Source of the DNA: an uncultured delta proteobacterium
GTDB taxonomy: Bacteria; Myxococcota_A; Polyangia; Polyangiales; JAFGIB01
Reading direction: 5' to 3'
Assembly: GCA_963778655.1 (NCBI GenBank)
Contig: CAVZVA010000009.1
Coordinates: 160,001-224,000 of the forward strand
Length of the DNA stretch: 64,000 nucleotides
Shown here piece by piece: positions 40,621 to 50,658 of this stretch. Each line of letters begins with the position of its first letter. The first letter of the stretch is position 1. The notes under the pieces were generated by a model. It was not told where the DNA came from, did not search any database, and was given only the letters and a program-made list of their open reading frames with translations. The position numbers and the translations under genes were made by a program.

Positions 40621-41595
40621 TCAATCAAAACGCAACACTAGCTGCAGGCCCGCGGCGGCGGTGAGCAGCACCGCCGGATCGGTCGCCACGCGTACCGATT
40701 GTACCCGGTAGTCGCTGCGCCGTGCCGCAAGCGTGATCCCGACGCTCGCGTAGGCGCTGAGCCAACGCGTCAGCTCGAGCTGGGCCTGCGTGTCCAGCCC
40801 CGGGCCCCAGCCGACCGCGCTCGTCGATCTACCCGAGGGACCCGCGTAGGCCGCGTCGGTCCACGCCACGCGCGCCTGCAACAGGCCCAGCAGCGCCACG
40901 CGGCCGATCGAGTACGCCACGCCGGTGCGCAGCGAGAGATCGGTGCGCGACAGCTCCAGCTGGCCGGTCGAGGCGGCGACGCGCGCGCGGCTGGTCCAGC
41001 CCAGCGAGAGCTCGAGCACCCACGCCAGCCGCGTGTGGGACGGCGCCAGCCACAGGACCGCGCCGAGCTCCGGCCGCAGGTTGCCGCGGTAGGGTGCGCC
41101 GGCCCAGATCAGCTCGCCACCGGCCGCGAGCGCGAGCCGGCGCGCGAGCAGCCCGCTGTGCGCACGCCCCGGGCCGTCGAGCTGCGCGCTGAGCGCGAGC
41201 AGCTCGCTGGCGACGAACGCGGGCAGGTAAGCCGACTCCGACCCCGGCGTTGCCTGCACCGTTCGCGTCATCACCGTGCCGTCGCGGGTGCGCACCACGT
41301 GCACGCGCTGCAGCTCGCTGTCGAGCACGGCGATGCGGTCCGCATGCACGGCGCGCGCGAGCCCGAGCGCCGCGGTCGGCTCTCGGGCCTGCGGCATGCG
41401 CACGCGCAGCGCCGGTTGCTCGAGCAATTCCAGCAGGCGCTTGGCCGGCGCCTCGTCCTGGCTCGAGACCTCGACCACCAGCACCGTTTGCGCGCGGCAG
41501 ACCGCCGCCGAGCCCAGCAGCAGCAGGCATAGCGCGACCGGCAGCAGCAGCGGCGGCTGCAGCGTATTGCAGGCTCTGTCGAACGGGGCGTTCAT
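40621..41595 (-). CDS. Secreted protein with probable outer-membrane beta-barrel C-terminus
   Basis: Signal peptide; alternating beta-strand pattern ending GLQLVLRFD. Confidence 0.6.
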   Translation of the reverse strand: MNAPFDRACNTLQPPLLLPVALCLLLLGSAAVCRAQTVLVVEVSSQDEAPAKRLLELLEQPALRVRMPQAREPTAALGLARAVHADRIAVLDSELQRVHVVRTRDGTVMTRTVQATPGSESAYLPAFVASELLALSAQLDGPGRAHSGLLARRLALAAGGELIWAGAPYRGNLRPELGAVLWLAPSHTRLAWVLELSLGWTSRARVAASTGQLELSRTDLSLRTGVAYSIGRVALLGLLQARVAWTDAAYAGPSGRSTSAVGWGPGLDTQAQLELTRWLSAYASVGITLAARRSDYRVQSVRVATDPAVLLTAAAGLQLVLRFD

Positions 41596-41696
41596 CACGC
41601 GCGCGTGCCCGGGTGACTCATGACGGGCAACGCGAACCGAGCGTTGCACGAAACATGCCCGCGGTTCGAGCCGCGGCGAGCGGCACGGAGGATGCG

Positions 41697-42713
41697 ATGC
41701 ACAAGCAGACGATTGCACGACGAGCGGGAGGGCTGCTGCTTGCCGCGAGTCTCGGCTTGGGTTGCGCCAGCCAGGAGGTCAGCGCGCTGCCCGCACAGGG
41801 CGCGCTGATGGGGCCGTTTCCGGGCGCCGGGACCTCGGGTGCGGGCCAGTCGATCGCCGCGGGCGTCGGCACGGTGAGCTGTGGCAGCAACGGTTCTGCC
41901 TTCAGCAGCGGTCCGGCGCCGGGTGCGCAGGCACACCAGACCTGCTTCTACGACCCCACGACGCCGGCCTATCCCGCCGCCACCGTCGAGTGGATCGTCG
42001 AGACGGCGCAAGACAGCGACGTCGTGCACGTGCGTCTCACCCTCAACCCGAGCTTCTGCGACAACAGCTACGGCGCCAACGCCGTGGGCTGGAACGCAGC
42101 GCCGCCGCCGGCCGCGGGCGCCAAGCCGGGCCACCCGGGCCCGATGGGTCACGGAGGGCACGCGTTCAAGGACCTGGTCGGCAGCGATCATGCGGAATTC
42201 AAGCTCAGCGATGCCAGCGGCCGGCTGGTGCTGCGTTTCAAGCAGGATTATCTATCGCCGAGCGCGGGCACGCCTTCCGGTTACGCCTCGCTCGGCGTCA
42301 GCGGGGGTGACGGCAAGATGCTGTTGGGCGACGCCGCCGACGTGGTCGCGTTCTCCACCTCGCTCGAGCGCAACCTCAACGCGTGCGGGCTCGCCGGCTA
42401 CACCGTGGACTCGCCCGCCACCGACGCTTACTACACGCCCAACCCGAGCGCGAGCGATTGGGACTACCGTGTGGTCTACGACGTGTGGGTGCGTGCGGCG
42501 GTCTTTGGCGCGGCCGGCTTCGGCGACGCCCGCGTCGACTACGTGCACGCCTCACCGAGCAAGGGCGACAACAACACCGTGACCGTTACGCCGGGCAAGT
42601 GCCCGCCCGACTGGCCGCCCTATTGCACCGATCCGGACGCCTGCAACCGCTGCAACGGCAGCGAGTGCAACCCGCCCGCGACGCCCGATGCCGGCCTGGT
42701 GCACCTGATCTGA
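41697..42713 (+). CDS. Hypothetical lipoprotein
   Basis: GGAGGA RBS, LGLG-C lipobox, DNSYGANAVGW, DLVGSDHA, HASPSK. Confidence 0.8.
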   Translation: MHKQTIARRAGGLLLAASLGLGCASQEVSALPAQGALMGPFPGAGTSGAGQSIAAGVGTVSCGSNGSAFSSGPAPGAQAHQTCFYDPTTPAYPAATVEWIVETAQDSDVVHVRLTLNPSFCDNSYGANAVGWNAAPPPAAGAKPGHPGPMGHGGHAFKDLVGSDHAEFKLSDASGRLVLRFKQDYLSPSAGTPSGYASLGVSGGDGKMLLGDAADVVAFSTSLERNLNACGLAGYTVDSPATDAYYTPNPSASDWDYRVVYDVWVRAAVFGAAGFGDARVDYVHASPSKGDNNTVTVTPGKCPPDWPPYCTDPDACNRCNGSECNPPATPDAGLVHLI

Positions 42714-42827
42714 GCGTGCGCCGTTTCAGCTTGCGCGCGCTCGGCGCCGGCGGCGCCATCCTGCTCGGCATCGACCCGGCCAACGCGCGCGGCGCCGCGA
42801 CCGCCTCCCGGGCGCCGTCCGGCCGGC

Positions 42828-43020
42828 GCCAAATGACCGATCGTGATTCGGGAACACCGGAACGACCAGCGGTGATTTGGCGTGCGGCGCAGCCGCACCC
42901 CGGGCGAGGGTGACTGCGCGAGGCTTTGCCTTGCGCAGAGGGAGTCGGCGCGACCCCATCATAACCAAAGGAGAAATCGGAGCTCGTGATTCGATCCCGA
43001 ATCGCGAGCTCTGATTTAGC
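42828..43020 (-). repeat. 193-bp structured dispersed repeat, copy 2 (inverted relative to copy 1)
   Basis: Reverse complement aligns end to end with 31969-32161. Confidence 0.85.
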
Positions 43021-44155
43021 GAAACACCAGCGGTAGGCTGCGGAAACCCGCCAGCACACCCGAGGGTAGCCGGCGTGCGCGCTCCTGGCCCAATCCGACC
43101 CCCTCGAAGCGCGCGAGCACCGCGGACATCGCGGCCCGGGCCTCGAGCCTCGCCAGTGGGGCGCCGATGCAGGTGTGCACGCCGAAGCCGAAGGCGATGT
43201 GCGGGTCGCGCTGGCGCGCGGGGTCGTACAGCTCGGGCTGCTGCCAGCGCGCCGGATCGCGATTGGCCGCGGCCAGGTAGACGATCAGCATGTCGCCCTC
43301 GGCGATGGCTCGGCCGCTCACCTCCGTGTCCTGGCGCGCGCGCCGCATGATCATCTGCGCCGGCGAGTGCAGGCGCAGCGCCTCCTCGATCGCCGGCGCC
43401 AGCAGCGCCGGCTGCTGCTTGAGCTGCGCGAAGCTCTCGGGCTCGTTCGCCAGGCGATGCAGCAGGCTGCCGAGCAGGTTGGTGGTGGTCTCGTTGCCGG
43501 CGACCAGCAGCAGAATGGCAAAACCGACGATCTCGTCGTCGGAGAGCTGAACGCCGGCGTCGTCGGCGCGCGCCAGCGCGCTCATCAGATCGCTGCCGGG
43601 CGCCTGCTTGCGCCGGGCCAGCTCGCCGAGGAAGAACTCGCGCAGCTCCCGCATGCTGTGCGCGCGCTCCGGGCTGAGCGGTCCGCCCATCAAGCCGGTG
43701 ATCGCGTCCGACCAGCGCTTGAAGCGCTCGCGGTCGGCCTCTGGGATGCCCAGCATGCGCGCGATCACCGTCACTGGCAGCGGGCTGGTCAGCGCCGCCA
43801 CGATGTCGACCTCGGACCCGGGCTCGATGCGTGCCACCAGCTCCGCGGCGAGCGCCTCGATCTCCGGCCGCATGGCTTCTATCCGGCCCGGGGTGAAGGC
43901 CTTGCTCACCAGCCCGCGCAGGCTGGCGTGGCGCGGCGGATCGTCGGTCAGCAGCGGCAGGCGGAATTCGTCGGCGCCCATCGCGCGCGAGGAGAAGCGC
44001 GCGTGATCGAGCAGTACCTCGCGCGCGTCCGCGTAGCGGCTGACCACCCAGAATCCGGCCTCGTCCTTGTACAGCGGCGCCTCCTGATGGAGGCGCGGGA
44101 TGAAGGCATCGCGGTTGCGGTTGCGAACGCCTTCTTGAAAGCGCAGTGACGACAT
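43016..44155 (-). CDS. Cytochrome P450
   Basis: DPPRH, AGNETT, EEALR, AANRDP, FGFGVHTCIG heme motif. Confidence 0.96.
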   Translation of the reverse strand: MSSLRFQEGVRNRNRDAFIPRLHQEAPLYKDEAGFWVVSRYADAREVLLDHARFSSRAMGADEFRLPLLTDDPPRHASLRGLVSKAFTPGRIEAMRPEIEALAAELVARIEPGSEVDIVAALTSPLPVTVIARMLGIPEADRERFKRWSDAITGLMGGPLSPERAHSMRELREFFLGELARRKQAPGSDLMSALARADDAGVQLSDDEIVGFAILLLVAGNETTTNLLGSLLHRLANEPESFAQLKQQPALLAPAIEEALRLHSPAQMIMRRARQDTEVSGRAIAEGDMLIVYLAAANRDPARWQQPELYDPARQRDPHIAFGFGVHTCIGAPLARLEARAAMSAVLARFEGVGLGQERARRLPSGVLAGFRSLPLVFR

Positions 44156-44277
44156 CGACAGCTCCCGTTCGGTGTTGACCGTACGGTGTATAGCGCAGCG
44201 CCGCCCCTGCTGTCGAGCGGCTGCCTCCGGCAGGGGCTTTTCGCGCGGGTCCGGCGTCGTGCTATCTCGAGCGCGTC

Positions 44278-44426
44278 GTGAACGTGAGCGAGGCGGTGCG
44301 GGCCGTGTGCCGTTCGTTTCCCGAGGCCGAGGAGCGTGCGACTGGAAGGAAGTTCGCGCGCTCGCGCTGACCAGCTACCGCCACTTCGCGCGCAAGCGCA
44401 TGCTCCGCGCGCTCGACGATTTGTGA
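44278..44426 (+). pseudogene. MmcQ/YjbR-like gene remnant with large internal deletion
   Basis: N-terminus VNVSEAVRAVCRSFPEAEE joined out of frame near 44334 to C-terminus CDWKEVRALALTSYRHFARKRMLRALDDL*. Confidence 0.6.
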
Positions 44427-44637
44427 GCGCCCGCTGCGGCGCCGCGGCTCGAGCCGGTCAGGGGGGACACCCGCATGACCCGTGCCGCCTGTGCCGGCTT
44501 GGGTTCCGCCCCGTCCGGCTGCGCCTGGGGCCGCGCCCCCTGCGCGCCCGCCCGGGCTCCCGCTTGCCGCGCCCCGCTTGCGCTCGGCGGGCGCTTCGGG
44601 CATAGCGGCGGCAAGCGGTCAGACGAGGATCAAACCC

Positions 44638-45024
44638 ATGGCTTGGATTCAAGAGTTCAAAGCGTTCGCGCTCAAGGGCAATGCGGTCGAGCTCGCGGTG
44701 GGTGTGGTGGTCGGCGGCGCGTTCGGCAAGATCGTCAGCGCGCTGGTCGACGACCTGATCATGCCGGTGGTTGGGGCTCTGCTGCCGGGCGAGGGCTGGC
44801 GCGGGTACACCGTGAGCCCGCTGCACTTCAAGATCGGCCACTTGGTCGGCGCGCTGCTCGACTTCCTGATCGTCTCTGCGGTGTTGTTCCTGGTGGTCAA
44901 CAAGCTGATGGGCGCGCTCAAGCGGGCGGAGCCGGCGCCCGCCACCAAGAGCTGCCCTGAATGCCTGGAGAAGATCCCGGCCGCGGCCAAGCGCTGCCGC
45001 GCCTGCACCGCCGTCTTGAGCTGA
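44638..45024 (+). CDS. mscL: Large-conductance mechanosensitive channel with C-terminal CxxC..CxxC
   Basis: EFKAFALKGNAVELAVGVVVGGAFGKIVSALVDDLIMP; tail CPEC...CRAC. Confidence 0.95.
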   Translation: MAWIQEFKAFALKGNAVELAVGVVVGGAFGKIVSALVDDLIMPVVGALLPGEGWRGYTVSPLHFKIGHLVGALLDFLIVSAVLFLVVNKLMGALKRAEPAPATKSCPECLEKIPAAAKRCRACTAVLS

Positions 45025-45150
45025 CCGCCGCGACTCGGCCAAGCCTCGCCTGCGCGAGCCGCGTTCTCACCCGCCGCGGCCCAGCGACCGCGAACGTAAG
45101 GCGCTGGCGTGCACGCGACCGATAAACGCCTCGCCTCATCAGGGACGGCG

Positions 45151-48100
45151 CTACCCCGCGCACAGCGGGCGCGCGGCCTCTACCAGCCACACCATGCCCA
45201 GCTCCTCGGCCGTCTGGCTCGCGGCTCGCGCGAGCTCCCGCGAGCGATCGAGCGCCGCCTGTTCTCCGAGCTGCTCGAGCCAGCGCGCGTACTCGTAGCG
45301 CGCGCGCGCCAGATACGGCCGCTGCCCGATGCGCTCGTTCATCTCCAGCGCGGCCTCGAAGTGCTGCTCGGCCTGCTCTTCCCACCCCAGGCACGCCGCC
45401 AGCAGCCCGAGGTAGAGCGAGACCGACCCGTCGTAGAGCAACATCGCATCGGGCGTGTTGTGGCCCGGATAGGGCGAGAGCAGCGCGTACAGGCGCTCCG
45501 ACCGCGGCCGGTCCCCGAGCCGCGCTGCCACTCGCGCCAGGCAGGAGAGCGTGTTGAGGTAGGCGATCTCCTTGGGGATGCGCTCGAACCCCTGCGCGTC
45601 GAAGGCCTCCAGCACCGTGCGCGCCACCTCCGTTTGGCCGGCCAGGACGGCGCTGCGCGCCAGCTGCGCGCGCATGTTCGGCCGCGTGCCGGCCACCGCG
45701 GCCAGCATCAGCGAGAAGTCCCAGCCCGCGGCCAGCGCCGCCAGGCCGTGGCGGTCGGCGCTCAAGCGCGTCTGCTGCACGTCGATGAAGGAGGGCCCGT
45801 AGCTCAGACCCATGCGCGCGCTGCGGGCGCGCAGCTCGGCAGCCATGCTCTCGGCCACCGCAAAGTCGCCGTCGAGCAGGTGCCGCTGCGCCTTGAGGCG
45901 GTCGTGGTACCACACCGCCTCGGGCAGGCGCAGGCGCTGGGCCGTCTGCCCGAACGCGGCGAGCGCGGCGTCCGCCCCCGCCATGTCCCCGCGGTGCAGC
46001 AGGGCGGCGACGCGCGCACTGTAGGCCTCGGCGGTGTACCAGCTCGCGCGCCCGCGCTCGAGCTCGAGCAGCTCGTCGGTGACCTTGAGCAGCGCGTCGA
46101 TGTCGTCGGGCCCCGACAGCGAGTAGAGCCGCGCGCGCAACGCCTCGAACAGGCTGGAACGCTCCCCCAGCGTGCGCGCCAGCTCCAGTGCCCGCCCGCT
46201 GAAGTCCTTGCTCTTCTGCATGTCGTCGGCGTACGGCGGCATGCACGCCAGCAAGGCCAACGCGCTCACGCGCTCGTGACTGGGACCCTCGGGCGTGATG
46301 CGCAAGACATCCTCGAGCGCGTCGCGCAGCGCCGGATCGGGCACCGAGCTCATGGCGAAGGTGGGCCGCAGCACGCGCGCGACCCGCACCAGCACGTCGC
46401 CGAAGCCGTGCAGGCGCGAGAGCTCGAGCGTGCGCAGCAGGGTTTCTCGTGCCGGCCGATCGCGGCCCGCCAGGCGCTGCGCGTTGGCACAGCGCAACAG
46501 CAGCACGGCGCGCTCGTGCGGCCTGGCGGAAGGGTCGAACGCCTGCGCCTCCAGTGCCCACTCGTAGAACGTGACCGCGTCTTCGTAAGCGAACACGGCC
46601 TCCGCCGCCGCGGCTGCGCGCTGCGCCGCCGCGGTGATGCGATCGTAGCCGCCGGCCGGCAGCGAGCGGTAGTAGTGGTGCGCGATCTCGCTGTGCCGCG
46701 GCTCGACCGGATGCAGCGCCTCGAGCGCTTCGGCCGTGCGCCGGTGCAAGGCCACGCGCTCCGCGGTCGGCAGCGCGTCGTACAGCACCGAGCGCTGCAG
46801 CGCGTGGGGGAACGCGTAGCGCTCGGGGGTCTCGGCCTCGAGCAGGCCGTTGCGGGTCGCCGCTTCGACCATGTCGAGCAAGTCGGCGAGCGGCTCGCCC
46901 GATACGCTCTGCAGCAGCGACAGGTCGAAGCTCTCGCCGAGCACGCTGGCTTGCGCCAGCAGCGCGCGCGCGCCCTCGTCGATCGACTGCAGGCGCAGCC
47001 GCAACACGTCGCGGGCGACGTCAGGGGTCTTGATCGCGGTGGCGGCGAGCGTGCCCAGGCCGCTGGCGCCGTGCTCGGCGATCAGGACGCGCAACGTCTC
47101 CTGCAAGAACAGCGGATTGCCCGCGCTGGCGCGCTGCACCGCCGCCGAGAGCTGCTCGGGCGGATCGCCGCTGGCGGTCACCTCCGCGATGTAGCGGCCC
47201 ACGTCGCCGGTGGTCAGGCGTGCCAGATCGAAACGTTCGGCGTGGCGCATCAGCCGTGCCAGCCGTCGTGCCGCCCGATCGGAGGACTCGTCGCGATCGG
47301 TCGCCACCACCAGTAGCCCCGAGCGGGGCAGCTCCGGGGCGAGGAATCCGAGCAGATTGACGCTGCCCGCGTCCGCCCATTGCAAGTCGTCGAGCACCAG
47401 CAGAGCCGGGCTCGCGCGGGTCGCTTCCAGCATCAGGCGCGTGATCGCGTCGAGCAGCCAGAAACGGTCGGCATGGACGCGTTCGTCGCCTTCCTCGTCG
47501 CCAGCGGGATTGTGGGGCTCGAGCGCGAGCAGGCGGGTCATCAGCGGGTCGCCGACCTCGTGCAGCTCCGGGCGCTCGTGGAGCATTTCGCGCAAGATCT
47601 GGATGAAGGGCCAGAACACCGGCGCACCGCTGCCCTCGCTGGCGCGGCCGATCCACGCCTGCACGCCGGCCTCCCGCGCGTACGCGATCAGCTCCTCGGC
47701 ACAGCGCGTCTTGCCGATGCCGGCCTCGCCGCACAGCAGACACAGCCCCCCCTGGCCTGCGCGCGCCTGCTCGAGGTGCGCTTGCAGCCGCTGCATCAGG
47801 GCGTCCCGCCCGACGAAGGGACGTGGCGGCGTGGTCAGGGCCGAGGCGGGCCGTGGCGCTTCCGGCCGCTGGCTGGCCGCGCTGGGAGGCGCTTCCAGCG
47901 TCTCGACCTCGGCAGTGAAGCGGTAGCCGCGGCCGTGGATGGTCTCGATCGGGTGCTTCTGCCCGCGCTGCTGGCCCAGGGCGTTGCGCACGTGGCTGAT
48001 GCTCCAGGGCACGGCCGAGTCGTTGACGTGCTCACCGGGCCACAGCGCGTCGAGCAGCTCCTCCTTGGAGACCACCCGGTCGCGGTGCTCGATCAGGTAG

Positions 48101-48204
48101 CGCAGCACATCGAAGACCTTGGGCTGCAGCGGCAGCTCGCGGTCGCCGCGCCGCAGCACGTAGGCCGCGACGTCGAGCTCGATGTCGGCGAAACGATGGC
48201 GCAC
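45151..48204 (-). CDS. Transcriptional regulator: OmpR/CadC-type wHTH + AAA/STAND ATPase + TPR-like region
   Basis: LQPKVFDVL, VSKEELL, IETIHGRGYRF; FVGRD, GEAGIGKT, LDDLQWAD, GNPLFL. Confidence 0.9.
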   Translation of the reverse strand: MRHRFADIELDVAAYVLRRGDRELPLQPKVFDVLRYLIEHRDRVVSKEELLDALWPGEHVNDSAVPWSISHVRNALGQQRGQKHPIETIHGRGYRFTAEVETLEAPPSAASQRPEAPRPASALTTPPRPFVGRDALMQRLQAHLEQARAGQGGLCLLCGEAGIGKTRCAEELIAYAREAGVQAWIGRASEGSGAPVFWPFIQILREMLHERPELHEVGDPLMTRLLALEPHNPAGDEEGDERVHADRFWLLDAITRLMLEATRASPALLVLDDLQWADAGSVNLLGFLAPELPRSGLLVVATDRDESSDRAARRLARLMRHAERFDLARLTTGDVGRYIAEVTASGDPPEQLSAAVQRASAGNPLFLQETLRVLIAEHGASGLGTLAATAIKTPDVARDVLRLRLQSIDEGARALLAQASVLGESFDLSLLQSVSGEPLADLLDMVEAATRNGLLEAETPERYAFPHALQRSVLYDALPTAERVALHRRTAEALEALHPVEPRHSEIAHHYYRSLPAGGYDRITAAAQRAAAAAEAVFAYEDAVTFYEWALEAQAFDPSARPHERAVLLLRCANAQRLAGRDRPARETLLRTLELSRLHGFGDVLVRVARVLRPTFAMSSVPDPALRDALEDVLRITPEGPSHERVSALALLACMPPYADDMQKSKDFSGRALELARTLGERSSLFEALRARLYSLSGPDDIDALLKVTDELLELERGRASWYTAEAYSARVAALLHRGDMAGADAALAAFGQTAQRLRLPEAVWYHDRLKAQRHLLDGDFAVAESMAAELRARSARMGLSYGPSFIDVQQTRLSADRHGLAALAAGWDFSLMLAAVAGTRPNMRAQLARSAVLAGQTEVARTVLEAFDAQGFERIPKEIAYLNTLSCLARVAARLGDRPRSERLYALLSPYPGHNTPDAMLLYDGSVSLYLGLLAACLGWEEQAEQHFEAALEMNERIGQRPYLARARYEYARWLEQLGEQAALDRSRELARAASQTAEELGMVWLVEAARPLCAG

Positions 48205-48598
48205 CTGACGAATCTAGCTGTCGCCTGAGATCCCCGCAATTGTCGCGTGGTATGGTAAGCCGTTGCGCCAGGGAATGGCGAGCATTTGGCTGTCCGAGGC
48301 CTGGCGCCGTCCCGGCGCGGACGCTGCCGGCCGCCGTTGGGTTGGTCGCGGCACGCGGGCGTACCGGCTCGAGCCGCGGCCGAGCGTGGACCGCACGCGC
48401 CTGACCTGAGCCGGGGCGGCGCCGGCCGCCTTTCCTCACGGCGCGGGCGCGCTCAGGGCGTTGTGCGACCTCGAACCCCAGGGAGCTACAGAGCGTTCCT
48501 ACGGCCGCGCCGGCATCGGACGGCGGAGCCCGAGACGCCGTTCTGATCGAGCCCACGGCCTGCAGAAATCCAACCGCGAGAGATTGGGAGCGGCAGTG

Positions 48599-49192
48599 TT
48601 AGCCGGGGCTGGCGCCCTTGCTCGACAGGGCGCGCAGCGGGGAGCCCTCGTCGTTCCACAGCTGCCGCAGCGCGTGCATCAGGCACTGCTGCATCAGCAG
48701 CCCTGCGATGCGCCGGTTCGCCGGCAGGCGTTGCTCGATCTCCTCGCTCAGTGCCGCGAACAACGGCGCGCCGGGCGTCGCGGCCAGGTCGATCACCAGC
48801 GGCTGTGTCAGGCCGTCGAAAAGCGCGGGAGCGCCCTCCGCGGCCGCCCGCACGCGCGCGCACACCACCACCAGGCCCGGAGCGCCGCGTCCCACGATCA
48901 GCTTGGGGATGTGATCGGACTGGCGCGCGGAATCGACCGAGAGCGAGCGCGCGCCGCCGCCTAGCGGTTCCAGCACGTGCGCGCAGCCGATCGGCACCAG
49001 CGCGAGCGTGGCCGGCGCGAGCGCGGCGCGAAACCCGCCGGCAGTGCACAGCGTGCCACGGCCGCCGGTCACGCAATGCAGGTGCAGCTCCGAAGGCGGC
49101 GGCAGCTCGACGCGGGTGTCGCTGCGCACGTCGCACAACGCAAAAGGCGACACCTCGAGCCCAGCGCGATCGAGAAGGCGGTCCAGCAGCAC
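48599..49192 (-). CDS. AraC-type cupin sensor domain lacking the HTH (stand-alone or truncated)
   Basis: [37 protein letters not shown]; stops before any HTH. Confidence 0.6.
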   Translation of the reverse strand: MLLDRLLDRAGLEVSPFALCDVRSDTRVELPPPSELHLHCVTGGRGTLCTAGGFRAALAPATLALVPIGCAHVLEPLGGGARSLSVDSARQSDHIPKLIVGRGAPGLVVVCARVRAAAEGAPALFDGLTQPLVIDLAATPGAPLFAALSEEIEQRLPANRRIAGLLMQQCLMHALRQLWNDEGSPLRALSSKGASPG

Positions 49193-49358
49193 GCGGCGAT
49201 AGTGGCGGATGCCGTCAGGCGACTCAAGCGTTCACGCGACGGGGCGCAGGTTTTTCGTTGGCGTCGTCGCCGTTGGGAGCTCCCGCGTGCGCGCGAGCCA
49301 CTGTCAACGCGAGCGTGCCGAAGCCGACCGCCGTCACCGCCGCGCTGCCGCGCCTCCC

Positions 49359-49447
49359 ACTCGGGTTTCGCCGTCTTGCGGATAGCGCGGGACGGCCTGA
49401 GACACGCTGGCCGAGCGAAGGCGAGCGCAAGAGGGTCAAACCCGAGT
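49359..49447. repeat. Long imperfect inverted repeat abutting the SDR stop codon
   Basis: ACTCGGGTTT..TCTTGCG / CGCAAGA..AAACCCGAGT. Confidence 0.55.
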
Positions 49448-50154
49448 CAGAAGGGAATCGGCTTGCCGTCGCGGAAGAAGCCGCCCGAAGGGCCGTTGTC
49501 GGGCAGGGTCGCGGCCCACACGATGCCCGCGATCCCTTGCTCCAGGCTGCGCGCGGCTCCCGGACCGCCCATGTCCGTGCGCACCCACCCCGGGCACACC
49601 GAGTTGACCTTGACGTTCGGATCCGCTTCGGCGTGGAAGATGCGGGTCAGCGCGTTGAGCGCCGCCTTGGACACGCGGTAGGCGGGCGAGCCCCCGTTCA
49701 TCTCGGTGATGCCGCCCATGCCGGAGGAGACGTTGACCACGCGGCCGTAGCCGGCGCGGTTCATCTGCGGCAGGAAGATGCGGGTCAGGCGGTAGGCGCC
49801 CAGGGTGTTGGTGTCGAAGGCCCGCGCCAGCATCTCGGCGGGCACCGCCGTGGTGCTCGAGTCGCCCGGGCTGTCGAACATCGCACCGGCGTTGTTGATC
49901 AGCACGTCGAGACTGCCGAGCCGGCTCTTGACCAGCGCCGCAAAGGTTTCGACGCTCGCCTCGCTGGAGACGTCGAGCGTGGCGCTGATCACGTCCAGAC
50001 CCTGCGCCTGCAGCTCGCGCGCCGCGTCTTGCGCCGCGCCCTCGGTGCGCGCGGCCAGCAGCACACGATAGCCGCGTCGTGCCAGCTCGCGGCCAGTGGC
50101 GAGGCCGAGGCCGCGGTTGGCCCCGGTCACTGCGGCGATACGTTGAGTCGTCAT
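49447..50154 (-). CDS. SDR family oxidoreductase (carbonyl reductase-like)
   Basis: [32 protein letters not shown]; strong RBS. Confidence 0.95.
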   Translation of the reverse strand: MTTQRIAAVTGANRGLGLATGRELARRGYRVLLAARTEGAAQDAARELQAQGLDVISATLDVSSEASVETFAALVKSRLGSLDVLINNAGAMFDSPGDSSTTAVPAEMLARAFDTNTLGAYRLTRIFLPQMNRAGYGRVVNVSSGMGGITEMNGGSPAYRVSKAALNALTRIFHAEADPNVKVNSVCPGWVRTDMGGPGAARSLEQGIAGIVWAATLPDNGPSGGFFRDGKPIPF

Positions 50155-50165
50155 CCCGTCCTCCC

Positions 50166-50525
50166 TCATTCGATAATGAGCATGCCGGACACCATCTTGT
50201 TCATGGCGCAGCCGTACTTGACCCGGCCGCTCTTGTTCGGCGTGAACGCCACGGTCACCGGCGTGTCGAGCGGCAGATCGGTGTGGATGTTGTACTCGTC
50301 GATCACGATCGCTCGCGCGCAGGTCGCGTCGGTCTTGCGCGTGATCACCAGCTTGAGCGGCTCGCCCTTCTTGACCTCGATCTGGCTGGGCTCGAAGCCG
50401 TCCTCGGTCACCGACATCAGCACCGTGCCCTTGGGGGGCTTGTTGCAGCCGAGCGCGAAGACCGCGCAGGCTGAGCACACCCCGAGCGCCGCCGCCATCA
50501 CCCACGCTGCGCGCATCGATTGCAT
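50166..50525 (-). CDS. Cupredoxin-domain lipoprotein (CupA-like copper chaperone)
   Basis: [28 protein letters not shown]. Confidence 0.85.
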   Translation of the reverse strand: MQSMRAAWVMAAALGVCSACAVFALGCNKPPKGTVLMSVTEDGFEPSQIEVKKGEPLKLVITRKTDATCARAIVIDEYNIHTDLPLDTPVTVAFTPNKSGRVKYGCAMNKMVSGMLIIE

Positions 50526-50658
50526 GGCATCTCCGACTCCGGCTCGATCGACCTGTGGTGAGCCGGGCGCCCAACTATAGCCCGCTGCCGGGGCACGGGC
50601 ACGAGCGTCGCCTGCGCGGCCCCGCCGCGGCAGCTGGCTGGGTGCCGGCCAAACGCGC

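Noticed and set aside
48276..48410. Short ORF MASIWLSEAW...
   Set aside because: No recognisable motif and weak RBS; cannot be supported
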